Of a stretch of DNA of 64,000 nucleotides, positions 1-13,692 are shown one piece after another. The notes beneath the pieces are model-generated. The model did no database searches, was not told the origin of the DNA, and was given only the letters and a program-made list of their open reading frames with translations. A program made the translations under genes and the position numbers. Position 1 is the first letter of the stretch, and every line of letters starts with the position of its first letter. The DNA is taken from assembly GCA_964016885.1 (NCBI GenBank), contig OZ024743.1, forward strand, positions 330,088,001-330,152,000. Reading direction: 5' to 3'. Source of the stretch: Eledone cirrhosa (lineage: Eukaryota).

Positions 1-776
1 ATACTCTTCACACATGCACTTATACACATATACACATTTATATACACATACAATACACACACACTCAAACACACACATATACACAATACGCACCCACAGA
101 CATATACACAACACACACTCATAAACACACATACACTTATACACTAGTGACCAAAGATAGAATATAAACACACAGAGACTGAGACACGAACACACGAACA
201 CACAGCAAACAGAAAATACTCACACAAACGCATGCGAAAACCGATAGAACAATAAATATATAAAATAGAATAAGTAAACATTGCAGCAATACAACGGGAG
301 GAAACATAATGTTTCCACTTTTTGGCACAAGGCCAGCAATTACTCAGTGCATTACTGGTACTTTATTTTATCGACCCCGTAAGGATGAAAGGCAAAGTTA
401 ACCTCGGCGGGATTTTAACTCACATCATAAAGGGACGTAACTATTGAGTGTGTGTTGTGTATATGTCTATGGGTGCGTATTGTGTATATGTGTGTGTTTG
501 AGTGTGTGTGTATTGTATGTGTATATTAATGTGTGTAGTGTATAAGTACATGTGTGAAGAGTGTGTGTTGAGTATGACTGTGTGTAGATGTGTGTATATT
601 GCGCGTGTATATAGTGTGTATGTATGTATATAATTGTGTGTAGTATGTAAGTGTATATAGTATGTATCTCTCTCTATATATAAGTGCGTTGTATATATAT
701 GTATATATAGTGTGTATGTGTGTATATAATTCTAATATCACTGATGATGTCATAGGTGTGTGACGAAAGAACTGCG

Positions 777-821
<45 letters not shown>

Positions 822-844
822 TATTTTACTCTTTTACCTGATCC

Positions 845-2115
845 AGACATCCGGCTGAGGTTGTGCTGGGGTACCACACTTGTTTCTTCACTATACCCGT
901 GCTGTTCAGCTGGGATCTTGGATAGCAGAATGTCAAGATGCTTCTTAAAATCACGTCTAAACCATGTAGGTCTCTCAAGTTTCTTGGCAGCTTATGAAAG
1001 AGTTGGGGTCCTTTGAAACCCAGTCTATTGCAATATCTGCTCCTTACTCTAAATGTGAAAGACGTGATCTTTGGTACCACTGTGACGTCCTGTTCGAGGA
1101 TTGGGCCAGCACTCAATGCCAACGTTTCGTGCTAGTCCTTCCAGGATCTTCCATATGTATATCACTGCGTACTTTTCTCGCCTTCGTTCCAAAGTTCTTT
1201 TAGCCTCTCCCAGTAGCTCATCTCCTTCATCGTGGAAATCCACTTGGTATAGATACGTTGGATTGCTTCAAGCTCCGTGATTAGTTTGACACTATGTGAT
1301 AATCACAGCTGGTAGCAATACTCCAGTCGGCTTAGGACAAATGTCCTTCATAGTAACAACATGGTTTTTTTTATCTTTTGTCTAGGATGTCGTCAAGATC
1401 CAGCCAGCGAATCGTCCGCATATTGTCGCCATTTCAATGATGTGTTAATGAAACGATGCATCATCACTCATGTGTCGTATCGATTTCGATCCTTTCTCGA
1501 CATGTGTCGTTGTGTTTGCAGGTTGATATCGTAGGGCTTGAAATTTTCCAGCATTAAATTGCATGTTGTTTTCCTTAGCCCATTTGTATATGTCATCCAG
1601 ATCTTGTTGTAAAAGAGTAGTTTCAGCCGTGTTCTTGATTGCCTGATCTACCATTGTTTCATCAGCGTAGTAAGTGAGAGGTGTTGTATGTACTACCAAG
1701 GGCATGTCTTAAATAGCAACCAAAAAATAAAATGGTCCCAAGACACTCCCCTGGGGTACCCCATTTGTATTGATGTTTCCTTTGAGAGGACTCCGTTGGC
1801 TGCAACATTCAGGTTTCTGTCTTTTAAGAAGTCATACAGCCACTCACCTAATTTTCCAACTATGCCGAATCTGTGTAGTTTGTGACATATTATTCCATGG
1901 TTGACCTTGTCGAAAGCCTTCGCTTAATCAAGATATATCACATTTACGTTTGAGTGGTGTAGCAATTGTTTCAGTACCCAGTTGTAGTGTTGTAAAAGCT
2001 GTATAAGGCAGCTTCTTCGACGAAAGACATACTGGGTGTTTGTTAGGTTATTTTCGGCGTGGAACATGATCTGTTTCTTTTTGATGATTCGTTCATCTTT
2101 ACTGAAATGTGAGGT
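845..2115 (-). mobile_element. Decayed CR1/L2-group LINE, RT domain to 3' end
   Basis: KAFDKVNHG, YYADET, QQDLDDIYKWAKENNMQFNAGK, LERRREKY..IYIWKILEGL, GPQLFHKLP, with several frameshifts and stops. Confidence 0.85.
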
Positions 2116-2279
2116 CAGGGAGACCGGCCTGTAGTTTTTAGCCTCTGCTCTGCTTCCTCATATATATATGTACACACACACATATACATATATATATATA
2201 TATATATATACATGCAGATATATATATATAATATATATATATACATATATATATATATGTATACATATATATATATATA

Positions 2280-2336
<57 letters not shown>

Positions 2337-2788
2337 TATATATATACACACAATTATACATATATATATATATGCATATATTATATACATATCTGTGTAT
2401 ATATATACGTGTATGAGTAAAATTTATGCGACCATTCTCATTTATCTGATATCACTTATACTCCCCACCCTCCCCCACCAGCGCGTTATCAGATTTATTT
2501 ATTCTTTCCAACACATACAAACTTAATACATACACTGAACATATAGACATATACATAACTTATTCACTAAAACACACCTTTACTTACACAAACACTATAT
2601 ATGCACGCATGCGCACACACAGGATCCCCAAAATGGAAACATACATGTGACGCTGTCTTTACTTATGCACGCAGAACACGCGCAAGTATGCATTTGTATA
2701 TATATGTATATATACTGAACAACAATTTTTTTTATACGTATACATACATATATAAATATATATATATACACATATATGTATTTTTATG

Positions 2789-2825
<37 letters not shown>

Positions 2826-2927
2826 GCACATATATATCTGTGTATATATATGTGTACACATACACACACGTGTGTGTGTATATATATATTGTGAACACAA
2901 AAATTAATATATCTGTGTGTATATACA

Positions 2928-3019
<92 letters not shown>

Positions 3020-3058
3020 TATATGTATGTACACACAGATATATTAATTTTTGGGTTC

Positions 3059-3095
<37 letters not shown>

Positions 3096-4074
3096 GTGTG
3101 TTTGTGTATACATAGCATATAAGTATATATTTTTAACAGTATGAGTGTATGTGTGCATTTCTCTTTGTGCATGCATGTAAGTATGCGTGCATGTGAGTGT
3201 GTGTTTCTGTGTGTGTCTTATATCGATCAAGCATTCCACAAAAAGGGGATAAAACGAATCCCTTTAACATCATCTACTTCATCTTCCTACACCGCCATAT
3301 TGTCCCCCTTCCCCTCAGCCTTCTTTCCTCCTCTCTATCCCCCCTCCCCCACCGACCTTCCGTTCACTTATCCACTCACTTCTCTCCCCCTACACACATA
3401 TATTTCCCCCTCTCTATCTTTATGTCGCGCTCTTCATCTTTTTTACTCTCTCTCACTCTACCTTTCTCTCTCTTCCTTTCTTTCTCCCTCTCTCTATCTC
3501 TCTCTTTCTTTCTGTCTCTTTGTACCTTTATCTCTCTCTCCCTCTCTTTCTCCCTCTCTTTACCTCTCTCTTTCTTTCTCTCTCTTTTTACCTTTATCTC
3601 TCTCTCCATGTTTCTCTTTCTACCTTTATGTCTCTCTCTCTCCATCTATCTCCCTCTCTCTATTTTTATATCTCTCTCCATCTCTTTATCTCTCACTCCC
3701 TCCCTCTCCCTCTCTCATCTCTCACTCCCTCTCTCTTCCCCCACCCTTTCTCTCTGTACCTTTATCTCTCCTTCCATCTTTATCTCTCTCTCTACATACT
3801 CCCTCTTTCTCTCTCACTTTCTCCTATCCAGTTTACCCATTCCAAGACGCATGCGTACAAATCTGCCCCAAAAGTAAAGAAATAAAATAAAAAACGAACA
3901 AAACCAAAGAAAAAGGAAAGGAAAAAAAGAAAGAAGGAAAGAAAGAACAAGAGAATAACGGAATAAAGTTGGCAAAAATCGGGAATGCAAATATGAAAAA
4001 TGGCCGCCAGGAAAGCAAGTAATCATGTTAGGAGAATAAGATCATGAATAACAACGAAGTGAATGGTGATAAAA

Positions 4075-6801
4075 TAGTGGTGCTGGTGGTAATGGTGGTG
4101 GTGGTCGTGGTGGTCGTGATGGTAGTAGTGGTGGTGGAGACAGTGGTGGTGGTGGTGGTGACAATGGGGGTGGTGGGGTGGGGTGGAGACAATGGTGGTG
4201 GTGATGACAGTGTTGGTGGAGACAGTGGTGGTGGTGGCGGTGGTGGTGGTGGTGGATGGTGGGGGTTGGGGTGGAGACAATGGTGGTGGTGATGACAGTG
4301 GTGGTGGTGGTGGTGACAGTGGTTGTGGTGGTGGTGACAGTGGTGACAGTGGTGGTGGTGGTGGTGGTTGTGGTGGTGGAGACAGTTGTGGTGGTGGTGG
4401 AGACAATGGTGGTGGTGTGGAGACTGTGGTGATGGTGGTAGTGACAGTGGTGGTGGTTTTGGTGACAGTGGTGGTGACAGTGGTGGTGGTGGTGGTGGTG
4501 GTGGTGGTGGTGGTGACAGTTGTGGTGGTGGTGACAGTGGTGGTGGTGGTGGTGGAGACTGTGGTGGTGGTAGTGACAGTAGTGGTGGTAGAGATAATGG
4601 TGGTGGTGGTGGTGGAGACTGTGGTGGTGGTGACAGTGGTGGTGGTGGAGATAATGGTGGTGGTGGTGGTGGAGACTGTGGTGGTGGTGACAGTGGTGGT
4701 GGAGACTGTGGTGGTGGTGGAGACAGTGGTGGTGGTGGTGACAGTGGTGGTGGTGGAGACAATGGTGGTGGTGGTGGTGGAGACTGTGGTGGTGTTGGTG
4801 GTGGAAACAGTGGTGGTGGTGGAGACAGTGGTAGTGGCGGTGACACTGGTTGTGTCGTTGGTGATTGTGATGGTTGTGGTGGTGATGGTGGTGTTGTTGT
4901 TGGTGGTGATTGTGGTGGTTGTGGTGGTGATGGTAGTGTTGTTGGTGGTGGTGATGGTGGTGGTGTTGTTGGAGGAGATGGTGGTGGTTGTGGTGGTGAT
5001 GGTGGTGGTGGTGGTGGTTGTGGTGGTGGTTGTGGTGGTGTTGTTGGTGGTGGTGATTGTGGTGGCTGTGGTGGTGATGGTGGTGTTGTTGTGGTGGTGA
5101 TGGTGGTGGTTGTGGTGGTGATGGTGGTGTTGTTGGTGGTGGTGATGGTGGTGATGGTGGTGGTGGTGGTGGTGGTGGTGGTTGTGGTGGTGTTGTTGGT
5201 GGTGGTGATTGTGGTGGCTGTGGTGGTGATGGTGGTGTTGTTGGTGGTGGTGATGGTGGTGGTTGTGGTGGTGGTGGTGGTGTTGTTGGTGGTGGTGATG
5301 GTGGTGATGGTGGTAATGATGGTGGTGTTGTTGGTGGTGGTGATGGTGGTGATGGTGGTAATGGTGGTGTTGTTGGTGGTGGTGATGGTGGTGGTTGTGG
5401 TGGTGGTGATGGTGGTGGTTGTGGTGGTGATGGTGGTGGTTGTGGTGATGGTGGTGTTGTTGGTGGTGGTGATGGTGGTGGTGGTGGTGGTTGTGGTGGT
5501 GGTTGTGGTGGTGTTGTTGGTGGTGGTGATTGTGGTGGCTGTGGTGGTGATGGTGGTGTTGTTGTGGTGGTGATGGTGGTGGTTGTGGTGGTGATGGTGG
5601 TGTTGTTGGTGGTGGTGATGGTGGTGATGGTGGTGGTGGTTGTGGTGGTGTTGTGGGTGGTAGTGATTGTGGTGGCTGTGGTGGTGATGGTGGTGTTGTT
5701 GGTGGTGGTGATGGTGGTGGTTGTGGTGGTGGTGTTGTTGGTGGTGGTGATGGTGGTGGTTGTGGTGGTGATGGTGGTGTTGTTGTTGGTGGTGATGGTG
5801 GTGGTTGTGTTGGTGATGGTGGTGTTGTTGGTGGTGGTGATGGTGGTGGTTGTCGTGGTGATGGTGGTGTTGTTGGTGGTGGTGATGGTGGAGGTTATGG
5901 TGGTGATGGTGGTGTTGTTGTTGGTGGTGATGGTGGTGGTTGTGTTGGTGATGGTGGTGTTGTTGGTGGTGGTGATGGTGGTGGTTGTCGTGGTGATGGT
6001 GGTGTTGTTGGTGGTGGTGATGGTGGTGGTTGTGGTGGTGATGGTGGTGTTGTTGTTGGTGGTGATGGTGGTGGTTGTGTTGGTGATGGTGGTGTTGTTG
6101 GTGGTGGTGATGGTGGTGGTTGTGGTGTTGATGGTGGTGTTTTTGGTGGTTGTGGTGGTGGTGATGGTGGTAATGGTGGTGGTTCGTCATAGCAGTAGTA
6201 ACGATGCTGGTGGCGATGTCAGTAAGAACGACGACGACGAAATAGTTGTGATGTTAGTAACAATAATTGTTTCTACTTTTGGCACAAGGCCAGCAATTAA
6301 ACCAGTGTATTACTGGTATTCTATTTTAACAACCTCGGCAATAATGGTGGTTATAATTATGATGTAGTGACGAGAATGTCTATAATGATGATGATGGTGA
6401 TGGTGTTAGTGGTGATGGTGATAATGGTGATGGTGGTGGTGATGGTGGCGGTGGTGGTGATGGTGCTGGTGGTGATGGGGATAATGGTGATGATGGTGAT
6501 GGTGATAGTGGTGATGGTGATGGTGATGGTGGTGATGGTGGTGGTGATGATAGTGATGATGATGGTGGTGGTGGTGGGGATGGTGATAATGGTGATGATA
6601 GTGGTGATGGTGATAATGGTGATGGTGGTATGATGGTGATGGTGGTGATGGTGATGGTGATAATGGTGATGATGATAATGTTGATGGTGATAATGGTGAT
6701 GGTGATGGTGATAATGGTGATGGTGTTGGTGATAATGGTGATGATGATGATGGTGATGGTGATAATGGTGATGATGATGATGATGCTGATGGTGATGGTG
6801 G

Positions 6802-6833
<32 letters not shown>

Positions 6834-6895
6834 ATGATGGTGATGATGGTGGTGGTGGTGGTGGTGGTGATGATGGTGATGGTGATAATGATGTT
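4075..6895. repeat. Compound (GGT/GAT/GTT)n trinucleotide expanse
   Basis: Low-complexity sequence that produces the spurious poly-H/P/T/V/G ORFs. Confidence 0.95.
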
Positions 6896-7063
6896 GCTTA
6901 GTCTGCAATAATCCCTGATTATGACGACATATGATCAATAAACTTCCAGCCATGACTATCCTAACTGTCTAGAACTGTCTAGAAATATATACATACATGC
7001 TGTGTTGTTTGCTTTGTTTCTGTTTGCCTTTTGTATACATACATATATAGATGCATGTATATA

Positions 7064-7163
7064 CAGGGTGTCCCTAAAAATATATACACACATCGATTAG
7101 TTGTATAGGCAATATTTATCAGAATGCTGTTGAACTGTGTATACATTTTGGGGGGACACCCTG
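7064..7163. mobile_element. Tc1/mariner-type MITE
   Basis: TA|CAGGGTGTCCC...GGGACACCCTG|TA. Confidence 0.8.
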
Positions 7164-7709
7164 TATTTGTATTCCCCATGTATATCGGTAGGTGACTACA
7201 ATTAAAAAAGGTACTCAATACGTTAGTAGAGTATAGACATGTCTATTTTAACATAGACATGACTCCTACAGGATTGAAACTGTTTCTTTATATATTCATT
7301 ACGAATTGACAGTATCGGTAGAGCGTCGGACGCCATGCTTTCTAGCATAGTTACGTCCCTTTACGGTCTGAGTTCGAATCCCGCCGGGGTTAACTTTGCC
7401 TTTCATCCTTACGGGGTCGATAAAATAAAGTACCAGTAATGCACTGGGTCATTGCTGGAATTGTGCCAAAGGTAGAAACAATTATATTAAGACTAAATAG
7501 TGAGTCTTGTTACTCTAGAGTTTCGCCTGTCATAAACACGCGAATCTTAATAAAATGAACACACACACACACATATATATATATATGTATATATATATAT
7601 ATGTTATTAAATAATAAACAACACAATATAATTATTCCAGAAACGTCCAGCCCGTTCATCTGATAAAATAATATATATATACATATATATATATATACAT
7701 ATACATACA

Positions 7710-7762
<53 letters not shown>

Positions 7763-8124
7763 TCTAAACGATCGACTTTCGTCAAATCGGACCGAGGGAA
7801 CAATGTTTCCGTTGGTCTTTCCAATTGCTAATACTATCTATCGGTCGCAACTCCAGGTAGAAGGAGCAACGTGAAATAAAGTATATATATTAAAAAAATT
7901 AAAGAAATTATTTAGCCTGATAGTGGGGTTAAGAACCCTCTGAGAAATGGAAAAAGATGAGTATTGACGTACGTCAATACACATCTTTCTCCATTTCTCC
8001 GGGGGTTCTTAACCCCACTATCAGGCTAAATAATTTCTTTAATTTCTTTAGTCAAAATACGGCGATAGCTTATATTTAATTTCAAACCCGCTCGCTGTTT
8101 CGAAAATATTCTTACTTGATATAT

Positions 8125-8219
<95 letters not shown>

Positions 8220-8221
8220 CA

Positions 8222-8725
8222 TGTAGGGGCTCCCAAAGGAGCACTGAGTGCAATGTCAACCCTGGGTGTCGGTGAGCATGTCCAGCCAACCTCAGTCTCC
8301 TCTGTGTCACTTTTGAGCTGACTTTTGGGATGCTCCCATACAGCTCCCATACAGCTCTGAGCCCCTACATGGACACACTAGAAGGGGAAGACCAAGGTTA
8401 ACGTATGTTGATGCCCTAAGGACAGACACTGGTCTGTTGGAGATGCAGGACATGGCATCGATAATGAGGGACAGAGACCGCTGGAGAGAACTCGTCCATG
8501 GATCTCGGGAATTTTACCCGCCTTAGATAGATAGATATATACATGGTGGCTGCCAACTCAGGGAGCCCCTACATGGACACACTGGAAGAGGAAGACCAAG
8601 ATTAACATATTAACATATGTTGATGCCCTAAGGACAGACACGTGTCATGGCACCGATAATGAAGGAGAGAGACCGCTGGAGAGAACTCGTCCATGGATCT
8701 CGGGAATTTTACCCGCCCTAGATGG
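8222..8725. mobile_element. RTE LINE 3' fragments: inverted piece (8222-8345 minus) and two plus-strand 3' ends with TAGA tail
   Basis: [20 protein letters not shown] (minus); [33 protein letters not shown] (plus). Confidence 0.8.
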
Positions 8726-8880
8726 CTAATTGATAGTCTTTTGTGTGCTATTGTTGTTGTTGTTTAACTCTAGTTCATCTCTGACCGGACAAATCGTTGA
8801 TCAATGTCATACCTGATATGCCCATACCGTATCATATTTCAGGCAACACACACATTCTCTCTCTCACACTCTCTTTCTTT

Positions 8881-8974
<94 letters not shown>

Positions 8975-9813
8975 GTATATATATATATATATATATATAG
9001 GAACAAGTAAGACCCCGACGGCTGAGCTCAAGCCGTTTCGACGGCTAATTCTGTACTCATTATTAGCCGTCGGGGTCTTACTTGTTCCTATTACCCACTC
9101 TACTACCCAAAGTATTGAGTACTTTGGTGCGTTATGGTCCACCTGGTTCCTTACCACATTTCCTTCGTTATATATATATTTAGAAACACACAGATGCATG
9201 CGGACACACACATATATACATGAATGCATCCGCACCCAACTGTGAGTTAAGGGTGCCAACTTCACCGATGTTGCTCAATGAATGACTGGGACAGACCAAT
9301 TCAGTTTGAACCAGACTGAACCAGTATCAGAGTTAAAAATACATTATGAAGGGAGAAGAAACATTTAGATATAATTAGTAATAAAATGTATCATACCTAA
9401 ACTGTTCCTAAATTCCTCGACTACGTAGTTTCGTGGCATAAACAAAAACAATATATCAAAGATATAGAGTCCTTGCGAGGTCTGCCGACTTATCAAGAGG
9501 ATACCTCATTTTACTAGTCTCAAGAACGCGTCTACACGACGTGAGAAAGAATCCCAAAAGGCGGAGGGGGAGATAGTCACGCGATATAACGGTCGAGAAA
9601 CAGAGCTAAGCCTCTTATAACCACGAAGAAAATACCACGGAGGTGGAGGGGGTATTCATATCGAGGCCGTAGAAGAGGTAGTGAAGAAGGCGAGAAGTAT
9701 GAGTAATGGAAGCTTTCCAGTTGTCCCCACACTTCAAAGATTGCTCGACCAGAGGGAGTTATTAATATATTTAGAAACACACAGATGCATGCGGACACAC
9801 ACATATATTACCT

Positions 9814-9883
<70 letters not shown>

Positions 9884-10004
9884 TAAAAAATGAAGAGCTG
9901 TGTTGTTGCATTTAAGTTTAATAAATGAAGAATTAGAAATAGAAGTTAGGAATATCCGTCATCAGTTGTCTACTAGCCATCATAGGTATTTCTTCGCATT
10001 ACAC

Positions 10005-10054
<50 letters not shown>

Positions 10055-10531
10055 CTCTCTCTCTTCCTCACACACTCTCTCTCTCTCTTTCTCTCCACAC
10101 ACGCACATACACACACAAAATTCAATTCAATAATTTTGTCTTTTTAAGACTACGGATGTAGTTTGAAGTAGATTCGACTACTATTTCTAGCAGAACGATT
10201 GACTTGATAAAGACTTCTTCATTACTGGTAATGTTACTGGTGCTTAATCTAAGGTCAGTCTTGACCAATGATCAGAATGATTCCAACGAAGTCCAGACTG
10301 TTCTGTTAGGAGTACAAATTATCCATTCCTTATCCATGACGGTAGCATGACCTTTGAGTGGGATTTGACTGTTATTTCTTGCAATCAATCTTTATAACGG
10401 TGATTGGATGGAGCGTTTGCTATCATCACTATCTTCTCTCTGTAAGATCTAGAGATCCAAAAGTAAGACAAACTGGTACCTAGCTCCCAACAAAGGATAA
10501 ACACACATCTATGTGTGTCTATATATAAATG

Positions 10532-10605
<74 letters not shown>

Positions 10606-10606
<1 letters not shown>

Positions 10607-10797
10607 TTTATCCCGGGTTCAATCGGGGGTAACCACAGTAAGTAAGGTATTCAATACATAGCAGAGTATAAATATTTAATATAGAAATGTCTTCTACAGG
10701 ACTAGAAATGTTTCATTCAGGAAAAATCATCAGAAAGCCCTGATGATTTCTCTCGAATGAAACAGTTCTAGTACTGTAGAAGCCATTTCTATAATAA
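10606..10797. mobile_element. PLE pLTR fold-back with hammerhead core (CUGAUGA at 10740)
   Basis: Homologous to 50298-50489, with inverted arms ~10675-10797 and TA flanks. Confidence 0.7.
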
Positions 10798-11019
10798 AAA
10801 AAAAAAAATATATATATATATATATATATCCAAAATTAAGATAAATCAAAGTGAATTTAATCTAAATCAAAATTATGGGTGTCATGCCAGACAGGCATGC
10901 GCCATATCACCTGTAAAATAACCTCAAAGATTCTAATGAATACACACTTGTAAAAATTATCCCCTGTGATATGTTTATTTATATGTTAATCAATTTCTAG
11001 TTGTTATATATATATATAT

Positions 11020-11221
11020 AGGAACAAGTAAGACCCCGACGGCTGAGCTCAAGCCGTTTCGACGGCTAATTCTGGACTAATTCTAGTCCAGAATTAGCCG
11101 TCGAAACGGCTTGAGCTCAGTCGTCGGGGTCTTACTTGTTCCTATTACCCACTCTACTACCCTAAGTATTGAGTACTTTGGTGTGTTATGGTCCACCTGG
11201 TTCCTTACCACATTTCCTTCG

Positions 11222-11223
<2 letters not shown>
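11020..11223 (+). mobile_element. Truncated pLTR-like fold-back with 3' half of a hammerhead; family also at 9000-9170, ~22890-22985, ~23700-23860, ~40295-40350
   Basis: GAAAC-GGCU UGAGCUC AG(C/U)C-GUC, inverted arms 11020-11143, TA flanks. Confidence 0.65.
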
Positions 11224-11285
<62 letters not shown>

Positions 11286-12539
11286 TCAGTAAGGAAAGGC
11301 TTTCTGAACACACAATCCGAAACCGCTTGGCGCCGGTTTATCCTTATCGAGTCCCATATATATAGTAAATAAATGTGAAGACTAAAATTCAAAGAGGACT
11401 CGATAAGGATAAACCGGCGCCAAGCGGTTTCTGATTGTGTGTTCAGAAAGCCTTTCCTTACTGAACACACATGCCGAAACCGCTTGGTACCGCGGTCGGT
11501 ATTTTACACACCTTGTCTTTGTGGAACGACATCCCTCTTACCTAAGTGTAGCCCTTTCCCACTGCATAGAACTAATGGAAATTCATTTGTTGTGGTAGAA
11601 CTTATCTCCAACAAAGTGTATCCCTTTCCTAACTCCATAAATCTGATGGAAATCTAGTCTATCTGGTATCGTCTATCATACAGCCTGATAGTGTTTCTGG
11701 CAAAGATACAACTCTAACGTCACTATAAACCTTAATTTTAAGATAGTATCGTCCTGTAACTCCTGAAGAAGTCGTAGAGGCGCAGTATTGACATACGGCG
11801 TTCCTTGGGCAATTTCAGCCTAGCGGATCCCATCCCTCACCATCTATTATGAAACAACAGCTAAATCTCACCGGACAGAAATGCTTGTCTGAACTGAACC
11901 ACGCATATGCCATATGCTGGACGACTGCGTACATTTAACATCGTCAACTATTATTTATAGTTATCTGTCAACTATTATTTATAGCTATCTGTCAACTATT
12001 AGTTATAGTTCTCTCACACATCGACAACTATTAGTTATAGTTATCTAAAGCATTTGAATTGGCAGTATCGGTAGAGGGCCGGATGCCATGCTTTGACGCA
12101 TAGAGTTACGGCCCTTGCCATTCTGAGTTCAAATCTCGCCGAGGTTAACTTTGCCTTTCATCCTTACGGTGTCGATAAAATAAAGTACCAGTAATGCACT
12201 GGAATGATTGCTGGCCTTGTGCCAAAAGTAGAAACAATTATTTATAGTTATCTGTATTGGGATGAACTCCAAAAGCAAGCATATTTACAAATATAAAATT
12301 TCCCTGTTATATAAAATTCTAAAACACGATAATTCACAGCAACTCTAGTTATTCAGCATCCGAGCGACATCAGGCTTGGCTACTAAAAAAAGATAATAAA
12401 AAAGCAAAATGGACTGCATGCCACGCTAAAACACACTAAAATACACACACACACACACACATATATAAATATATACACACACTGAAGCGCTTTTTCTAAA
12501 GGAATGGAAAGGGAGCACAGTCAAAATAAGGTACAGTAA

Positions 12540-12594
<55 letters not shown>

Positions 12595-12690
12595 TAGATA
12601 GATAGATAGATAGATATATAGATAGATATAGATATATATATATATAGATATATATATAGATATATAGATATATATATATAGATATATATA

Positions 12691-12908
12691 GTGAAGGCGT
12701 GTGGCTGAGTGGTTAGAGAATTGGATTCGCAATCGTAAGTTGTGAGTTCGATTCCCGGACCAGGCGATGCGTTATGTCCTTGAGCAAGACACTTTATTTC
12801 ACGTTGCTCCTTCTACCTGGAGTTGTGACCGATAGATAGTATTAGCAATTGGAAAGACCAACGGAAACATTGTTCCCTCGGTCCGATTTGACGAAAGTCG
12901 ATCGTTCC
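12691..12908 (+). mobile_element. Second tRNA-derived SINE family (CORE-like); related pieces at 7765-7882(-), 24515-24625(-), 39180-39342(-), 42180-42350(-)
   Basis: TGGCTGAGTGGTT A-box, GAGTTCGATTCC B-box, GTCCTTGAGCAAGACACTT segment. Confidence 0.8.
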
Positions 12909-12939
12909 TATATATATATTCATATATATATACATACAC

Positions 12940-12978
<39 letters not shown>

Positions 12979-13422
12979 CACACACACGTATATATATATA
13001 TATAATGTTTTCTACACCTACAAATATCGATTATCATTACTTCCCCTGTTTTAATAGATTTGTAAAACAGCAATCGCCGGTAGGGTTCTAGCGAGCGGAG
13101 ACATCGCTCTGTTTTCTATTTCCGGTGGAAGCCATCTCAGGTCACATGACAACCACTAATGGTATTGAGAAGATATGGATGTAACGACATTATAGTTAGT
13201 CTTCCACTCTAATCCCGAGGTGTTCTCACAAGTCGAATGAAATCAATAATCTTTCTGTATCACAACTTGCAATAAATGCAGCAGTCAACATCTTTTAACA
13301 ATTGTATGTATAATATATATATATATATGTATGTATATATATATAATATATATATATAAGCATATATGTATGCATGTATATATATATGTATAAGAATACA
13401 TACACATGTATATATTTATGTA

Positions 13423-13543
<121 letters not shown>

Positions 13544-13587
13544 AATACAATATATATATATATATACAATATATATACAATATATAT

Positions 13588-13692
<105 letters not shown>

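Noticed and set aside
736-775. CUGAUGA-UGUCA..UGAC-GAAA hammerhead-like core
   Set aside because: Stem III, NUH and the stem I partner cannot be formed. At best a decayed remnant.
2115-3240. YI/IY/CV-rich ORFs here and throughout the window
   Set aside because: Translations of (TA)n, (CA)n and (GA)n microsatellites.
4028-6190. 720-aa His/Thr/Pro-rich ORF and overlapping Val/Gly ORFs
   Set aside because: Trinucleotide microsatellite open in most frames on both strands, with no unique coding content.
12691-12770. tRNA gene
   Set aside because: tRNA-like A/B boxes belong to SINE heads, with no full cloverleaf.
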